Positions 33,155 to 44,275 are shown, numbered from the stretch's first letter. The stretch is 64,000 bases of DNA from an uncultured Bacteroidota bacterium (GCA_902510655.1 CABXBY010000001.1:29398-93397), one strand, 5' to 3'. The notes: generated from the sequence alone by a model not told the origin. Made by a program: numbers and translations.

Positions 33155-34333
33155 ATGAAAAAAATAGTACTTGCTTACAGTGGAGGATTGGACACTTCTT
33201 ATTGCTTAAAAAAATTATCAATTGACAACGAAGTTCATGCTGTAAACGTCAATACTGGCGGTTATACAATTGAAGAATCTAATAAAATTAAAGAAAAAGC
33301 AATCAAATTAGGAGCTTATTCGTTTACAACTATTGATGCAGTTGATTTATTTTACAACACAATAATTAAATATCTAGTTTTTGGAAACGTATTGAGAAAC
33401 AATACATATCCCCTATCGGTAAGTTCTGAAAGAACAATCCAAGCTATGGAAATAGTAAATTATGCTAAAAAAAACAAAGCAACTCATATAGCTCACGGAA
33501 GTACAGGTGCAGGAAATGATCAAGTTAGATTTGATACGATATTTCAGATACTTGCACCAGAAATAAAAATATTATCACCAATAAGAGATTTAAAATTAAC
33601 AAGAGAGGAAGAAATTGATTATTTAAACCAGCAAGGAATAAAATTATCATGGGAAAAAGCTAAATATTCAATTAATAAAGGGCTCTGGGGAACGAGTGTA
33701 GGTGGGGATGAAACTTTGACTTCAGATTTAAAATTACCAAGTTCAGCATATCCAGGAAATTTAAAAAACAAAGATTCTAAAGAAATAACCCTAACATTTA
33801 AAAATGGAGAAATAAGTGGGATAAATGGAGAAAAATATGATTCAGTCACATGTATTGAATTAATTTCAAAACAATGCGACGATTACTGTATTGGAAGAGA
33901 TATTCATGTTGGTGACAGTATTATTGGAATTAAAGGAAGGGTAGGATTTCAAGCTGGCGGACCTATGTTGATAATAAAATCCCATCATCTTCTTGAAAAA
34001 CACACATTAACAAAATGGCAACAGTTCCAAAAAGATCAACTTTCTAATTTCTATGGAATGCACTTACACGAGGGTCAATATTTAGATCCTGTTTTAAGAG
34101 ATATTGAAAGTTTTCTTCAAAGTAGCCAAAACAATGTTAATGGAGATGTTCATGTTACATTACACCCATTCAGATTTGAATTAAATGGAATTTGTTCTAA
34201 AAATGACTTAATGAACAGAAAATTCGGAACATATGGAGAGATTAATAATAAATGGTCTGCAGATGATGCGAAAGGCTTTATAAAGATAGTTTCAAATCAA
34301 AATAAAATACATCAATATGTCAACAAAAAATAA
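33155..34333 (+). CDS. argG: Argininosuccinate synthase
   Basis: N-terminal ATP motif AYSGGLDTS, then AHGSTGAGNDQVRF. Confidence 0.9.
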   Translation: MKKIVLAYSGGLDTSYCLKKLSIDNEVHAVNVNTGGYTIEESNKIKEKAIKLGAYSFTTIDAVDLFYNTIIKYLVFGNVLRNNTYPLSVSSERTIQAMEIVNYAKKNKATHIAHGSTGAGNDQVRFDTIFQILAPEIKILSPIRDLKLTREEEIDYLNQQGIKLSWEKAKYSINKGLWGTSVGGDETLTSDLKLPSSAYPGNLKNKDSKEITLTFKNGEISGINGEKYDSVTCIELISKQCDDYCIGRDIHVGDSIIGIKGRVGFQAGGPMLIIKSHHLLEKHTLTKWQQFQKDQLSNFYGMHLHEGQYLDPVLRDIESFLQSSQNNVNGDVHVTLHPFRFELNGICSKNDLMNRKFGTYGEINNKWSADDAKGFIKIVSNQNKIHQYVNKK

Positions 34334-35309
34334 AATTAAAGTAGGTATTGTTGGAGCATCTGGATACACTGGAGGAGAACTTTTAAGACTGTTAGTTAAT
34401 CATGAAGGTGTTGAGATAGTATTTGCTTACAGCAAAACTAACACTGGTAAATTAGTTAGTGATATTTACACTGATTTAATTGATGAAGTTAATATTGAGT
34501 TTACTAATACAATTAAAGAAAGTGATGTAATTTTTCTTTGTCTGGGTCATGGAAAATCGTATAATTTTTTATTAAAAAATTCAATTAATCAAAAAACTAA
34601 AATCATTGATTTAAGTCAAGATTTTAGATTAGAGAAATCTATTACAATAGGAAACAATACAAGAAAATTCACTTATGGGTTACCCGAACTACAAAAAAAT
34701 CTAATTAAAACCTCAAAAAATATAGCAAACCCGGGCTGTTTTGCCACAGCACTACAATTAGCTTTATTACCTTCAATTAATTCAAACATTATAAACGGCG
34801 AAATACATTCAAACGCAATAACTGGTAGTACTGGAGCAGGAATAATACCAACTAACACTACTCATTTCAGTTGGAGAAATAACAATGTGTCGTCTTATAA
34901 AGAATTTAATCATCAACATCTTGATGAAATTAAATATTCATTTAATAAAAAATCAATAAATAAATACAATATAAATTTTATCCCTGTTAGAGGATGCTTC
35001 ACAAGAGGTATTTTTTCAACAAGTTATTTTAATTGTGAATATGAAATAAATGATATTAAAGAAATTTACAAGCAATTTTATCACGATCATCCCTTTGTAA
35101 TCATTTCTGAAAATGAAATCAATTTAAAACAAGTAATTAATACTAATAAGTGTATTCTTCATCTTTCATTTTTAAATGGAAAATTAATAATTACTTCAAT
35201 CATCGATAATTTATTAAAAGGCGCTTCAGGACAAGCTATTCAAAATATGAATTTAATGTTTGGATTAAATGAAAATGAGGGTTTAAAACTAAAATCATCA
35301 ATTTTTTAA
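34317..35309 (+). CDS. argC: N-acyl-gamma-glutamyl-phosphate reductase
   Basis: VGIVGASGYTGGELLRLL and catalytic Cys in ANPGCFAT. Confidence 0.9.
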   Translation: MSTKNKIKVGIVGASGYTGGELLRLLVNHEGVEIVFAYSKTNTGKLVSDIYTDLIDEVNIEFTNTIKESDVIFLCLGHGKSYNFLLKNSINQKTKIIDLSQDFRLEKSITIGNNTRKFTYGLPELQKNLIKTSKNIANPGCFATALQLALLPSINSNIINGEIHSNAITGSTGAGIIPTNTTHFSWRNNNVSSYKEFNHQHLDEIKYSFNKKSINKYNINFIPVRGCFTRGIFSTSYFNCEYEINDIKEIYKQFYHDHPFVIISENEINLKQVINTNKCILHLSFLNGKLIITSIIDNLLKGASGQAIQNMNLMFGLNENEGLKLKSSIF

Positions 35310-35321
35310 AAAAAATTTAAA

Positions 35322-36116
35322 ATGAAAATAGCAATTATAGGAGCAGGAAATTTAGGAAGCAGTATCGCTGATGGGTTGTATATCAATAATATGATTACTG
35401 AATTATACTTAACTAAAAATAATTTATCCACACTTACAAAATGGAAAAAAATCCCAAATGTTTCTGTTTCATCTAACAATGTTGAAGCTGTAAATAGTTC
35501 TGATATAATTATTCTTTGTGTCCAACCTTCACAGTTTAAAAACCTTTCTAATGACTTAAAAAAGCATATAAAAGAAAAACATACTATTATATCAACTATT
35601 ACTGGTTTAACCTTAGGTATTCTTGAAAGTACTTTTGGAATAAACAGAAATATTGTGAGAGCTATGCCAAATACTGCAATTTCCGTTGGAAAATCAACAA
35701 CATGTTTGTGCAGCAACTCATTTGGTAAAACAAAATTAAATTTAGCACAATCCATATTTAACAATCTTGGTGAAAGTTTCATCGTAAAAGAGAAAAACAT
35801 GCAAGCTGCAACTGTACTTTGTGCTAGTGGAATTGCATTTTGGATGAGATTAATAAGGTCTACAGCACAGGGAGGAGTTCAATTAGGATTTGAAAGTAGT
35901 GAATCATTAAATATGTCAATTTCAACAGCATTAGGTGCAGTTTCATTATTAATGAAAAACAACAGTCACCCAGAAGAGGAAATAGACAAAGTTACCACAC
36001 CTAGTGGATGTACTATTAAAGGATTGATAGAAATGGAGCATCATGGATTAAGTTCAGCCTTAATTAATGGTTTAATATCATCATTCGAAAAAATAAATCA
36101 AATATCATTAAAATGA
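35322..36116 (+). CDS. proC: Pyrroline-5-carboxylate reductase
   Basis: IAIIGAGNLG Rossmann motif, RAMPNTA, and TTPSGCTIKG. Confidence 0.85.
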   Translation: MKIAIIGAGNLGSSIADGLYINNMITELYLTKNNLSTLTKWKKIPNVSVSSNNVEAVNSSDIIILCVQPSQFKNLSNDLKKHIKEKHTIISTITGLTLGILESTFGINRNIVRAMPNTAISVGKSTTCLCSNSFGKTKLNLAQSIFNNLGESFIVKEKNMQAATVLCASGIAFWMRLIRSTAQGGVQLGFESSESLNMSISTALGAVSLLMKNNSHPEEEIDKVTTPSGCTIKGLIEMEHHGLSSALINGLISSFEKINQISLK

Positions 36117-37240
36117 GTTTATTCAATGTTTACCCTTTGTATCAAATGACACCATCTCATGCTAAGATGTGTTATGTATATGAAAAAAATGGAACAAAAT
36201 ATTTGGATCTGTATGGCGGTCATGCAGTGATATCAATAGGACACAGTCATCCAACTTATGTTAAGGCATTAACAAATCAGCTAAACAATATTGGGTTTTA
36301 CTCAAATTATATAATAAATGAATTACAACAAAGTGTTGCTAATGAAATAAAAATTCAATCCAAGTGTAATAACTATAATCTTTTTATGACTAATAGTGGC
36401 GCAGAATCAAATGAAAATGCACTTCAAGTTGCATCATTTTACACTAAAAAATCTAGAATAATAGCATTCAAAAATTCTTTTCATGGAAGAAGTAACGCAG
36501 CATTAAGTATTACTGACAATCCTAATATTAAATCAAAGATGAATGAGAAAATAAATGTAACATTTCTTGATTTTAACGATAAAAATAATTTCAATAAAGA
36601 AATTTCTAAAGGAGATGTAAGTTCGGTAATATTTGAGTCAATTCAAGGTGTTGGAGGATTAGATGAACCAGAAACTGAATTTGTAAAATACATTTCGAAA
36701 CAATGTAAAAAATACAATACTTGTCTAATAGCAGATGAAGTTCAATCTGGATTTGGAAGAACCGGAGATTTCTTTGCGTTTCAAAAGCATGATATTGATC
36801 CTGATATAATTTGTATTGCCAAAGGAATGGGTAATGGATTTCCTGTTGGTGGAATTTTAATTAAAGATCATATAAAATCAAAATATGGTATGCTAGGAAC
36901 AACATTTGGAGGAAATCATTTAGCTTGTACTGCAGTTTTAGCAGTACTAAGTACTATCAAAAAGGAAAAATTATTACAAAATTCCAAGTCATTAGAAAAT
37001 TATTTTAGAGAAAAAATTTCATTAATTAAATCAGTAAAAAAAATTAAAGGAAGAGGGCTTATGTTGGGTTTAGAATTTGATTTCGAAGCTTCTGAGTTAA
37101 GAAAGAATTTAATTTTTAAACATAAAATTTTCACTGGAGGAAGTGCAAATAAGAATTTATTAAGAATTCTTCCTCCGTTGAATATTCAAAAAAAGCATAT
37201 AGATAAACTTTACAATGCATTAAAAATAGAATTATCATGA
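36113..37240 (+). CDS. argD: Acetyl/succinyl-ornithine aminotransferase (class III PLP aminotransferase)
   Basis: SGAESNE, DEVQSGFGRTG, and the PLP-lysine context IAKGMGNGFP. Confidence 0.85.
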   Translation: MSLFNVYPLYQMTPSHAKMCYVYEKNGTKYLDLYGGHAVISIGHSHPTYVKALTNQLNNIGFYSNYIINELQQSVANEIKIQSKCNNYNLFMTNSGAESNENALQVASFYTKKSRIIAFKNSFHGRSNAALSITDNPNIKSKMNEKINVTFLDFNDKNNFNKEISKGDVSSVIFESIQGVGGLDEPETEFVKYISKQCKKYNTCLIADEVQSGFGRTGDFFAFQKHDIDPDIICIAKGMGNGFPVGGILIKDHIKSKYGMLGTTFGGNHLACTAVLAVLSTIKKEKLLQNSKSLENYFREKISLIKSVKKIKGRGLMLGLEFDFEASELRKNLIFKHKIFTGGSANKNLLRILPPLNIQKKHIDKLYNALKIELS

Positions 37241-38187
37241 AAAACTTTTTAAACTCAGATGATATAATTAATTATCAGTATTTATTGAACGAAATTAATA
37301 AACTTAAAAATGATAAGTCAGACATAAGTCATATTGGAAAAAATAAAGTTATGGGTCTTTTATTTTTTAATCCAAGTCTTAGAACCAGGTTAAGTACTCA
37401 AAAGGCAGCAATGAATCTTGGATTTAAATCCATTATAATGAACTTTAAGGATGATGGATGGCAACTTGAATTTGATGAGAATATTATTATGTCAGGAAAT
37501 AAAGCAGAGCATGTAAAAGATGCAGCTAAAGTAATATCTCAATATTGTGATATTTTGGGAATTAGGGCGTTTGCTGAACTGAAAGACAAAGAAATTGATA
37601 ACAGTGATAAAATAATTAATTCTTTTGTTAAATACGCAACTATTCCCATTTTAAACTTAGAAAGTTCAATAGCACATCCTCTTCAAGCACTTGCTGATGC
37701 TGCTACGATTAATGAAAATATAAATTCAAACAATCCTAAAATAGTTTTATCATGGGCACCTCATCCAAAGCCTCTTCCACATGCTGTAGCTAACTCATTT
37801 ATAAATATGTGTAAAATCAACAACTATGACTTAACTATTACAAATCCCAAAGGATATGATTTAAGTAAAAAAATTACAGAGGGGATTCAAATTATAAACA
37901 ATCAAGAATTAGCTTTTGAAAATGCTGATTTTATTTACGCTAAAAATTGGTCTAGTTATGACCAATATGGTAAAGTACTTTTAAATGATGATTCATGGTT
38001 AATAAATGAAAATAAAATGAAATTAACTAACAATGCTTTTTTCATGCATTGTCTTCCAGTAAGAAGAAATGTAGTGGTAACAGATTCAGTGTTAGACTCA
38101 AATAGATCACTTGTTATACAACAGGCTAATAATAGAACATATGCAACTCAAACTATATTAAAAGAATTAATAAGTAATGAAAAATAA
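37237..38187 (+). CDS. argF': N-acyl-ornithine (acetyl/succinyl) carbamoyltransferase, ArgF'-type
   Basis: FFNPSLRTRLS and HCLP carbamoyltransferase motifs. It has YAKNWSS where classical OTCases carry the DxxxSMG ornithine loop. Confidence 0.75.
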   Translation: MKNFLNSDDIINYQYLLNEINKLKNDKSDISHIGKNKVMGLLFFNPSLRTRLSTQKAAMNLGFKSIIMNFKDDGWQLEFDENIIMSGNKAEHVKDAAKVISQYCDILGIRAFAELKDKEIDNSDKIINSFVKYATIPILNLESSIAHPLQALADAATINENINSNNPKIVLSWAPHPKPLPHAVANSFINMCKINNYDLTITNPKGYDLSKKITEGIQIINNQELAFENADFIYAKNWSSYDQYGKVLLNDDSWLINENKMKLTNNAFFMHCLPVRRNVVVTDSVLDSNRSLVIQQANNRTYATQTILKELISNEK

Positions 38188-38953
38188 ATTAACAATTATA
38201 AAAGTTGGAGGAGGAATATTAAATGAAAGAAAATTATTTGAAATTTTTCTAGAAAATTATTCAAAAATTAAGGGATTAAAATTATTAATTCATGGTGGAG
38301 GTGTTATTGCCTCTAGTTATATGATTAGACTTGGAATTCCAGTCAAAATGAATAAAGGAAGAAGAATAACAGATTCAAACACATTAGATATTGCTGTAAT
38401 GACTTATGCTGGACTTATAAATAAAAATATAGTTTCAATTCTTCAAAAGTTCAATTGTAATGCTATTGGTCTTTGTGGTGCAGATGCAAATTTGATTACA
38501 TCAAAAATTAGAGAGATTAAAGAAATTGATTATGGATTAGTTGGAGATATTATAAGTGTAAATGATAATTTTATTAATCAATTATTGAAATTAAAAATTT
38601 CTCCAATTATTTGTTCTTTAACTCATAACGGATATGGTCAATTACTAAATACTAATGCAGATAGTATTGCATCTGAAATTTCAATAAAACTATCTAAAAA
38701 TTACGATGTGACTTTAAAGTATTGTTTTGATAAACCTGGTGTTTTAATTGATAAAAATGACAATTTAAGTTTAAAAAAAACAATTAGTAAAACTGATTAT
38801 AAGCAGCTTGTTAATAATAAAATTATTTCTGATGGAATGGTGCCTAAAATTGAAAATTGCTTTTATGCATTAGAAAATGGTGTAAATAATGTTTTTATTG
38901 GAGATCACGATATAATAAAAACAACAGATGATTGTTCTAAAATAATTTTATAA
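38177..38953 (+). CDS. argB: Acetylglutamate kinase
   Basis: IIKVGGGIL, LIHGGG and LLNTNADS. Confidence 0.85.
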   Translation: MKNKLTIIKVGGGILNERKLFEIFLENYSKIKGLKLLIHGGGVIASSYMIRLGIPVKMNKGRRITDSNTLDIAVMTYAGLINKNIVSILQKFNCNAIGLCGADANLITSKIREIKEIDYGLVGDIISVNDNFINQLLKLKISPIICSLTHNGYGQLLNTNADSIASEISIKLSKNYDVTLKYCFDKPGVLIDKNDNLSLKKTISKTDYKQLVNNKIISDGMVPKIENCFYALENGVNNVFIGDHDIIKTTDDCSKIIL

Positions 38954-40008
38954 TGAATGAGTTAACAACAAATGCAATTAAGCTATTAGAGGATTTAATA
39001 AAAATTGAATCATATTCTTTCAATGAAATTAAAACAGGCAACAGAATAGAAAAATGGTTCAAATCACATGGAATTGAATTTAAAAGAAATCAAAATAACG
39101 TATATGCTTTCAATAAATTTTATGACTCTAACAAACCCACGATACTACTTAATTCTCACCATGACACAGTCAAACCTAATAAAGGATATAAAAATGATCC
39201 TTTTGAAAGCAAGATAGAAAATGGTAAGCTATACGGGCTTGGAAGTAATGATGCTGGCGGAGCTTTAGTTTCATTAATTGCAGTTTTCACCTATTATTAT
39301 AATAAAAAAGATTTAAAATATAATTTAATAATTCTTGCTTCAGCTGAGGAAGAATGTTCAGGTGAAAATGGAATTGCTTCAATTATTCCAATTCTTCCAA
39401 AAATTGATTTTGCAATAATTGGTGAACCAACATTGATGAAAATGGCTATTGCTGAGAGAGGGTTAATTGTATTTGACATTAAAATTAGAGGAACATCAAG
39501 TCATGCAGCACACATAAATGATGATAATCCAATTATTAAATCAATAGAAGTACTTAAATGGATTGATAATTTAAAATTTGAAAAAAAATCTAAATTTTTA
39601 GGAAATGTAAAAGCTACAGTAACTCAAATACAATCTGGGAATCAGCACAATGTCGTTCCTTCAGAGCTAAAAATAGTTTTAGATGTTAGAGTAAATGATT
39701 GTTACACAAATCAAGAGATATATGACATTTTAAAAAAAGATTCACCATGTGAAATTACACCTAGATCATTAAATCTTAATTCCTCATCAATTTCTACTGA
39801 TCATGCAATTGTTTCAGCAGCTAATAAATTAGGAGTTCAAAAATACGGCTCACCTACTCTATCAGATCAATCTAAAATTTCGTTTCCATCGATAAAAATG
39901 GGTCCTGGTGATTCTTTAAGGTCACACAGTGCTGATGAATACATATATGTTGATGAAATTAAAAATGCAATACCATTATACATTCAACTTTTAAATAAAA
40001 TAATTTAA
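38953..40008 (+). CDS. argE: M20-family acyl-ornithine deacylase (ArgE-like)
   Basis: LNSHHDTV, GSNDAGGALV, and EEE in SAEEECSG (the M20 metal/catalytic pattern). Confidence 0.75.
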   Translation: MNELTTNAIKLLEDLIKIESYSFNEIKTGNRIEKWFKSHGIEFKRNQNNVYAFNKFYDSNKPTILLNSHHDTVKPNKGYKNDPFESKIENGKLYGLGSNDAGGALVSLIAVFTYYYNKKDLKYNLIILASAEEECSGENGIASIIPILPKIDFAIIGEPTLMKMAIAERGLIVFDIKIRGTSSHAAHINDDNPIIKSIEVLKWIDNLKFEKKSKFLGNVKATVTQIQSGNQHNVVPSELKIVLDVRVNDCYTNQEIYDILKKDSPCEITPRSLNLNSSSISTDHAIVSAANKLGVQKYGSPTLSDQSKISFPSIKMGPGDSLRSHSADEYIYVDEIKNAIPLYIQLLNKII

Positions 40009-40010
40009 TC

Positions 40011-41294
40011 ATGAAACTCTGGAACAAAGAAGATAATTTAAATATTAAAATTGAAAAATTTACTGTTGGTAAAGACAGGTACTATGATCTTTACTTAGCT
40101 GAATACGATATTAGGGCTACTATTGCACATGCAAAAATGTTACATAATATTAAAATTATAACTCATTATGAACTTGATAAAATTATATCAGAATTAGAAA
40201 AAATTGATAATGATATTAAAATAGGACAATTTACTATTGAAGAGGATTATGAGGACGTTCATTCAAAAATAGAATCAATACTTGTTGAAAAATTAGGAAA
40301 AATTGGAAAGAAAATTCATACTGGAAGATCTAGAAATGATCAAGTATTAGTTGCAACACAACTTTATTTGAAAAATGAAATATTTGAAATAAAACTATTA
40401 ACAAAAAGTTTATTTAGTACATTAATTGAATTAGCAAAAAAAAATAAAAACCTTTTACTTCCTGGATACACTCATTTACAAGTGGCTATGCCCTCATCTT
40501 TTGGTTTATGGTTCTCCTCATACGCAGAATCATTGATTGATGACATTTTTTATTTAAATACTGCATTTAAAATTAATGATCAAAATCCTCTTGGGAGTGC
40601 TGCAGGATATGGAAGTTCATTTAAAATAGACAGAGATTTTACAACTAAAGAATTAGGTTTTAATGAATTAAAATACAATGTAATATCTTCTCAAATGAAC
40701 AGAGGAAAAGTTGAAAAATCCGTTGCTATTGCTATAGGTTCTTTAGCTAGTACATTATCAAAGTTTTCAGCTGATATTTGTTTTTATATGACTCAAGAAT
40801 TAAATTTTATATCATTTCCAGATGAAATCACAACTGGTTCAAGTATAATGCCCCATAAAAAAAACCCTGATGTATTTGAACTAATAAGAGGCAAGTGTAA
40901 TATCATACAATCTCTAATAAGTGAATTTAATTCTATTTCTATAAATCTTACAAGTGGATATCACAGAGATTTACAATTGTATAAAGGAAAAGTAATTGAG
41001 TCCATCATTGATATTAAAAACTGCTTAGAAATATTTAACTATTCAATAAATAAAATCAGAATCAGAAAAAATATTTTAGATGATGATAAATACAAATATG
41101 TATTTTCAGTTGAAAATTTAAATGAACTAGTTAATAGTGGCTATTCTTTCAGGGATGCATATTTAAAAATATCCGATGATATTAAAACTGATAACTTTAT
41201 CCCAAAAAAAGATTTTAATCATTCCTTAAAAGGTAGTATTGGTAATCTTTGTTTGAAAGAAATAGAAATAAAAATGAAAAAGGCACTAAATTAA
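40011..41294 (+). CDS. argH: Argininosuccinate lyase
   Basis: TGRSRNDQV, YTHLQVAMP, and the signature GSSIMPHKKNPD. Confidence 0.9.
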   Translation: MKLWNKEDNLNIKIEKFTVGKDRYYDLYLAEYDIRATIAHAKMLHNIKIITHYELDKIISELEKIDNDIKIGQFTIEEDYEDVHSKIESILVEKLGKIGKKIHTGRSRNDQVLVATQLYLKNEIFEIKLLTKSLFSTLIELAKKNKNLLLPGYTHLQVAMPSSFGLWFSSYAESLIDDIFYLNTAFKINDQNPLGSAAGYGSSFKIDRDFTTKELGFNELKYNVISSQMNRGKVEKSVAIAIGSLASTLSKFSADICFYMTQELNFISFPDEITTGSSIMPHKKNPDVFELIRGKCNIIQSLISEFNSISINLTSGYHRDLQLYKGKVIESIIDIKNCLEIFNYSINKIRIRKNILDDDKYKYVFSVENLNELVNSGYSFRDAYLKISDDIKTDNFIPKKDFNHSLKGSIGNLCLKEIEIKMKKALN

Positions 41295-42688
41295 ATATGT
41301 AAAGCTCTATCTTCTGTAGCTGCTAATGCTGCTTCTTTAATAGCTTCAGCATAAGTCGGATGAGAATGACTCATTCTAGAAATATCTTCTGCAGAGGCTC
41401 TAAATTCCATTGCGGTTACAGCTTCTGCAATTAAATCAGCAGCTCTAGCACCAATAATGTGTACACCAAGAATTTCATCGGTTTTTTTATCTGCTAAAAT
41501 CTTTACAAAACCATCAATATCCATACTTGCTCTTGCCCTACCTAATGCTCTCATAGGAAATTGCCCAGTTTTAAAGTCAATTCCTTCACTTTTCAATTGT
41601 TCTTGAGTTTTACCAACAGATGCTACTTCAGGCCAAGTATATATAACGTTTGGAATTAAATTGTAATTAATATGAGGCTTTTGTTTTGCTAATATTTCAG
41701 CTACTAAAACTCCTTCTTCCTCAGCCTTGTGAGCTAACATAGGACCTTTAATAACATCTCCAATGGCATATATATTTTCAATGTTAGTTTGAAGTTTATC
41801 ATTTACTTCAATTTGACCTTTATCATTTGTATTAATTCCAACAGAACTGAGATTTAGTCCTTTTGTGTAAGGTTTTCTGCCAACAGAAACAAGACAATAA
41901 TCTCCTTCAAAATTAACATTTGAACCGTTTGAATCTTCAGCAGTCACATTAATAGTGTTGTTTTCAGATTTTACTGAGGTTACTTTATGAGATAAATAAA
42001 ATTTAATTTTTTGCTTCTTAAATATTCTTAATAATTCTTTAGAAATAGCACCATCCATAAAAGGAGTTATTTTGTCAGAATACTCAATAACCGAAACCTC
42101 TGATCCTAACCTACTGTAAACCTGACCTAATTCAAGCCCTATTACACCTCCGCCTATAACAACTAATTTTTTTGGTATTTCTTTTAATTTCAAAGCTTCA
42201 GTCGAAGAGATAATTCTTTTCTTATCGATGTTTGCAAAAGGTAATGAAATTGGTTTAGATCCAGTAGCTATAATAGCGTTACTAAATTTTATTTTATCAG
42301 CACCTTCAATGTTAATGACTTGATTATTTTCAAAAGACCCAATACCGTTAAAAACTTTAATTTTGTTTTTAGACATTAGATAATCAATTCCTTTTGTAGT
42401 CTGATCTACAACTAAATTTTTTCTAGAAATCATTTTATTTAAATCCACTTTAATTGAACCTTCAATTTCAATACCGTGGGTTGAAAAATTATGAATAGCT
42501 TCATGATAATGGTGAGAAGAATCTAATAATGATTTGGATGGAATACATCCAACGTTTAGACAGGTACCGCCTAATGTATTATACTTCTCAATAATAGCTG
42601 TTTTCATACCTAATTGTGCGCATCTTATAGCGCAAACATATCCACCGGGTCCTGAACCTATTACAACAACATCAAAATGTTCCATCAT
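41291..42688 (-). CDS. lpdA: Dihydrolipoyl dehydrogenase
   Basis: VVIGSGPGGY, redox disulfide GGTCLNVGCIPSK, and C-terminal HSHPTYAE. Confidence 0.9.
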   Translation of the reverse strand: MMEHFDVVVIGSGPGGYVCAIRCAQLGMKTAIIEKYNTLGGTCLNVGCIPSKSLLDSSHHYHEAIHNFSTHGIEIEGSIKVDLNKMISRKNLVVDQTTKGIDYLMSKNKIKVFNGIGSFENNQVINIEGADKIKFSNAIIATGSKPISLPFANIDKKRIISSTEALKLKEIPKKLVVIGGGVIGLELGQVYSRLGSEVSVIEYSDKITPFMDGAISKELLRIFKKQKIKFYLSHKVTSVKSENNTINVTAEDSNGSNVNFEGDYCLVSVGRKPYTKGLNLSSVGINTNDKGQIEVNDKLQTNIENIYAIGDVIKGPMLAHKAEEEGVLVAEILAKQKPHINYNLIPNVIYTWPEVASVGKTQEQLKSEGIDFKTGQFPMRALGRARASMDIDGFVKILADKKTDEILGVHIIGARAADLIAEAVTAMEFRASAEDISRMSHSHPTYAEAIKEAALAATEDRALHI

Positions 42689-42770
42689 TTTTTTTTCAAA
42701 AATACAAATGTTTTAATTTATTTCATAAATCAATCACGTTTTTAATTGAACTAAATTATATATTAGCTAG

Positions 42771-44234
42771 ATGACAAAAACAGGAGAAAAAAATCAGAAA
42801 AAAGTAAGTTTATCATTAAATGAGTCATTATTTCCAATAGTACTTTTAATAATATTTTTATCATTTAATGTTTATGTTTATGGAGATGATGCCATGGGAG
42901 GTTCAAATCAATTTATACTTCTACTTGGGGCTGCAGCTGGAATCGGATTAGGTATTTTCAAAGGATTTAAGTTTAGTAACATGATGAGTCAAGTTGCCGA
43001 AAATTTAAAATCTGTAACTGGTGCAATAGTCATTTTACTTTTTGTTGGTGCATTATCTGGAACATGGTTAATAAGCGGTATTATACCCTCAATGATATAT
43101 TATGGTTTAAACATACTTCATCCATCAATTTTTCTTCCAGCATGTTTAGTTATCTGTGCAATTATTTCAATTGCGACTGGAAGTAGTTGGACAACATCTG
43201 CTACAGTTGGAATTGCGTTAATAGGCATTTCTAAGGCAATAGGAATACCTGTAGAAATGTCAGCTGGCGCAATTATATCAGGAGCTTATTTTGGAGATAA
43301 ATTGTCTCCGTTAAGTGACACAACAAATCTAGCCCCTGCAATATCTGGTTCTGATTTATTTACTCATATAAAATATTTAACAATAACTACAATTCCAACA
43401 ATAACAATTAGCCTTATAATATTTGTTATTTTAAACTTTTACATGATTTCTTCTGGACCAACAGATAATACTGTTTTGCTAGAAGCAATTAATCAAACTT
43501 TTAACATTACTCCTTTAATATTTATAGTACCATTTATTGTAATTGTTTTAATTATAAAAAAAACACCACCTATTATTGCTCTGTTTACTGGAACAATTTT
43601 AGGAGCAATATTTGCTCTTATTTTTCAACAAGATATTTTAACGCAATTATCAAATTCTAGTTCCTTAACATTTGAAGGTGCCTATAGTGCTATTATTAAT
43701 TCAATAACTGTAGATACAAATATTGAATCTGGAAATTCTGAACTAAATGATCTATTTAAAAGTGGAGGAATGCTTGGAATGATGAATACAATTTGGTTAG
43801 TAATTAGTGCAATGGTTTTTGGAGGAGTTATGGAATCAATTGGTGCTTTAAAAACTATAACAACATCGTTACTAAACTTAGGTAAATCAACTTTTTCATT
43901 ATTTGCAAGTACTGCTGGAAGCTGCTTAGCTATTAACCTAACAACATCAGATCAATATTTAGCTATCGTAATTCCAGGAAAAATGTTTGAAAAAGCATTT
44001 AAAGAAAAAAATTTAGCGCCTGAAAACTTAAGTAGAACCTTAGAAGATACTGGAACAGTAACATCAGTGTTAATACCATGGAATAGCTGTGGTGCTTATC
44101 AATCTGGAGTTTTAGGGGTAAGTGTCTTAGATTACTTCTTTTACGCTATATTTAATTGGTTAAGTTTCTTTATGACGTTAATAGTAGCAGGGTTAAATTA
44201 TAAAATAAAAAAACTTGAAATTAAGAAAGCTTAA
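42771..44234 (+). CDS. nhaC: Na+/H+ antiporter NhaC family
   Basis: 487 aa polytopic membrane protein. GDKLSPLSDTTNLAP and IPWNSCGAY motifs. Confidence 0.8.
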   Translation: MTKTGEKNQKKVSLSLNESLFPIVLLIIFLSFNVYVYGDDAMGGSNQFILLLGAAAGIGLGIFKGFKFSNMMSQVAENLKSVTGAIVILLFVGALSGTWLISGIIPSMIYYGLNILHPSIFLPACLVICAIISIATGSSWTTSATVGIALIGISKAIGIPVEMSAGAIISGAYFGDKLSPLSDTTNLAPAISGSDLFTHIKYLTITTIPTITISLIIFVILNFYMISSGPTDNTVLLEAINQTFNITPLIFIVPFIVIVLIIKKTPPIIALFTGTILGAIFALIFQQDILTQLSNSSSLTFEGAYSAIINSITVDTNIESGNSELNDLFKSGGMLGMMNTIWLVISAMVFGGVMESIGALKTITTSLLNLGKSTFSLFASTAGSCLAINLTTSDQYLAIVIPGKMFEKAFKEKNLAPENLSRTLEDTGTVTSVLIPWNSCGAYQSGVLGVSVLDYFFYAIFNWLSFFMTLIVAGLNYKIKKLEIKKA

Positions 44235-44275
44235 TATTATTAATTATAAATATTTACTTTTGTTAAACACTTCTT

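Noticed and set aside
35306-35800. 164-aa minus-strand ORF antisense to proC
   Set aside because: It lies entirely inside the well-supported proC (and the end of argC). It is hydrophobic and low-complexity with no motif, and reads as a mirror-frame artefact. The same reasoning applies to the antisense ORFs at 782-967, 7615-7803, 8635-8850, 17108-17296, 25523-25777, 29115-29336, 32590-32787, 33619-33849, 34673-34858, 39297-39479, 42534-42716, 49440-49697, 51551-51757 and 58081-58275.
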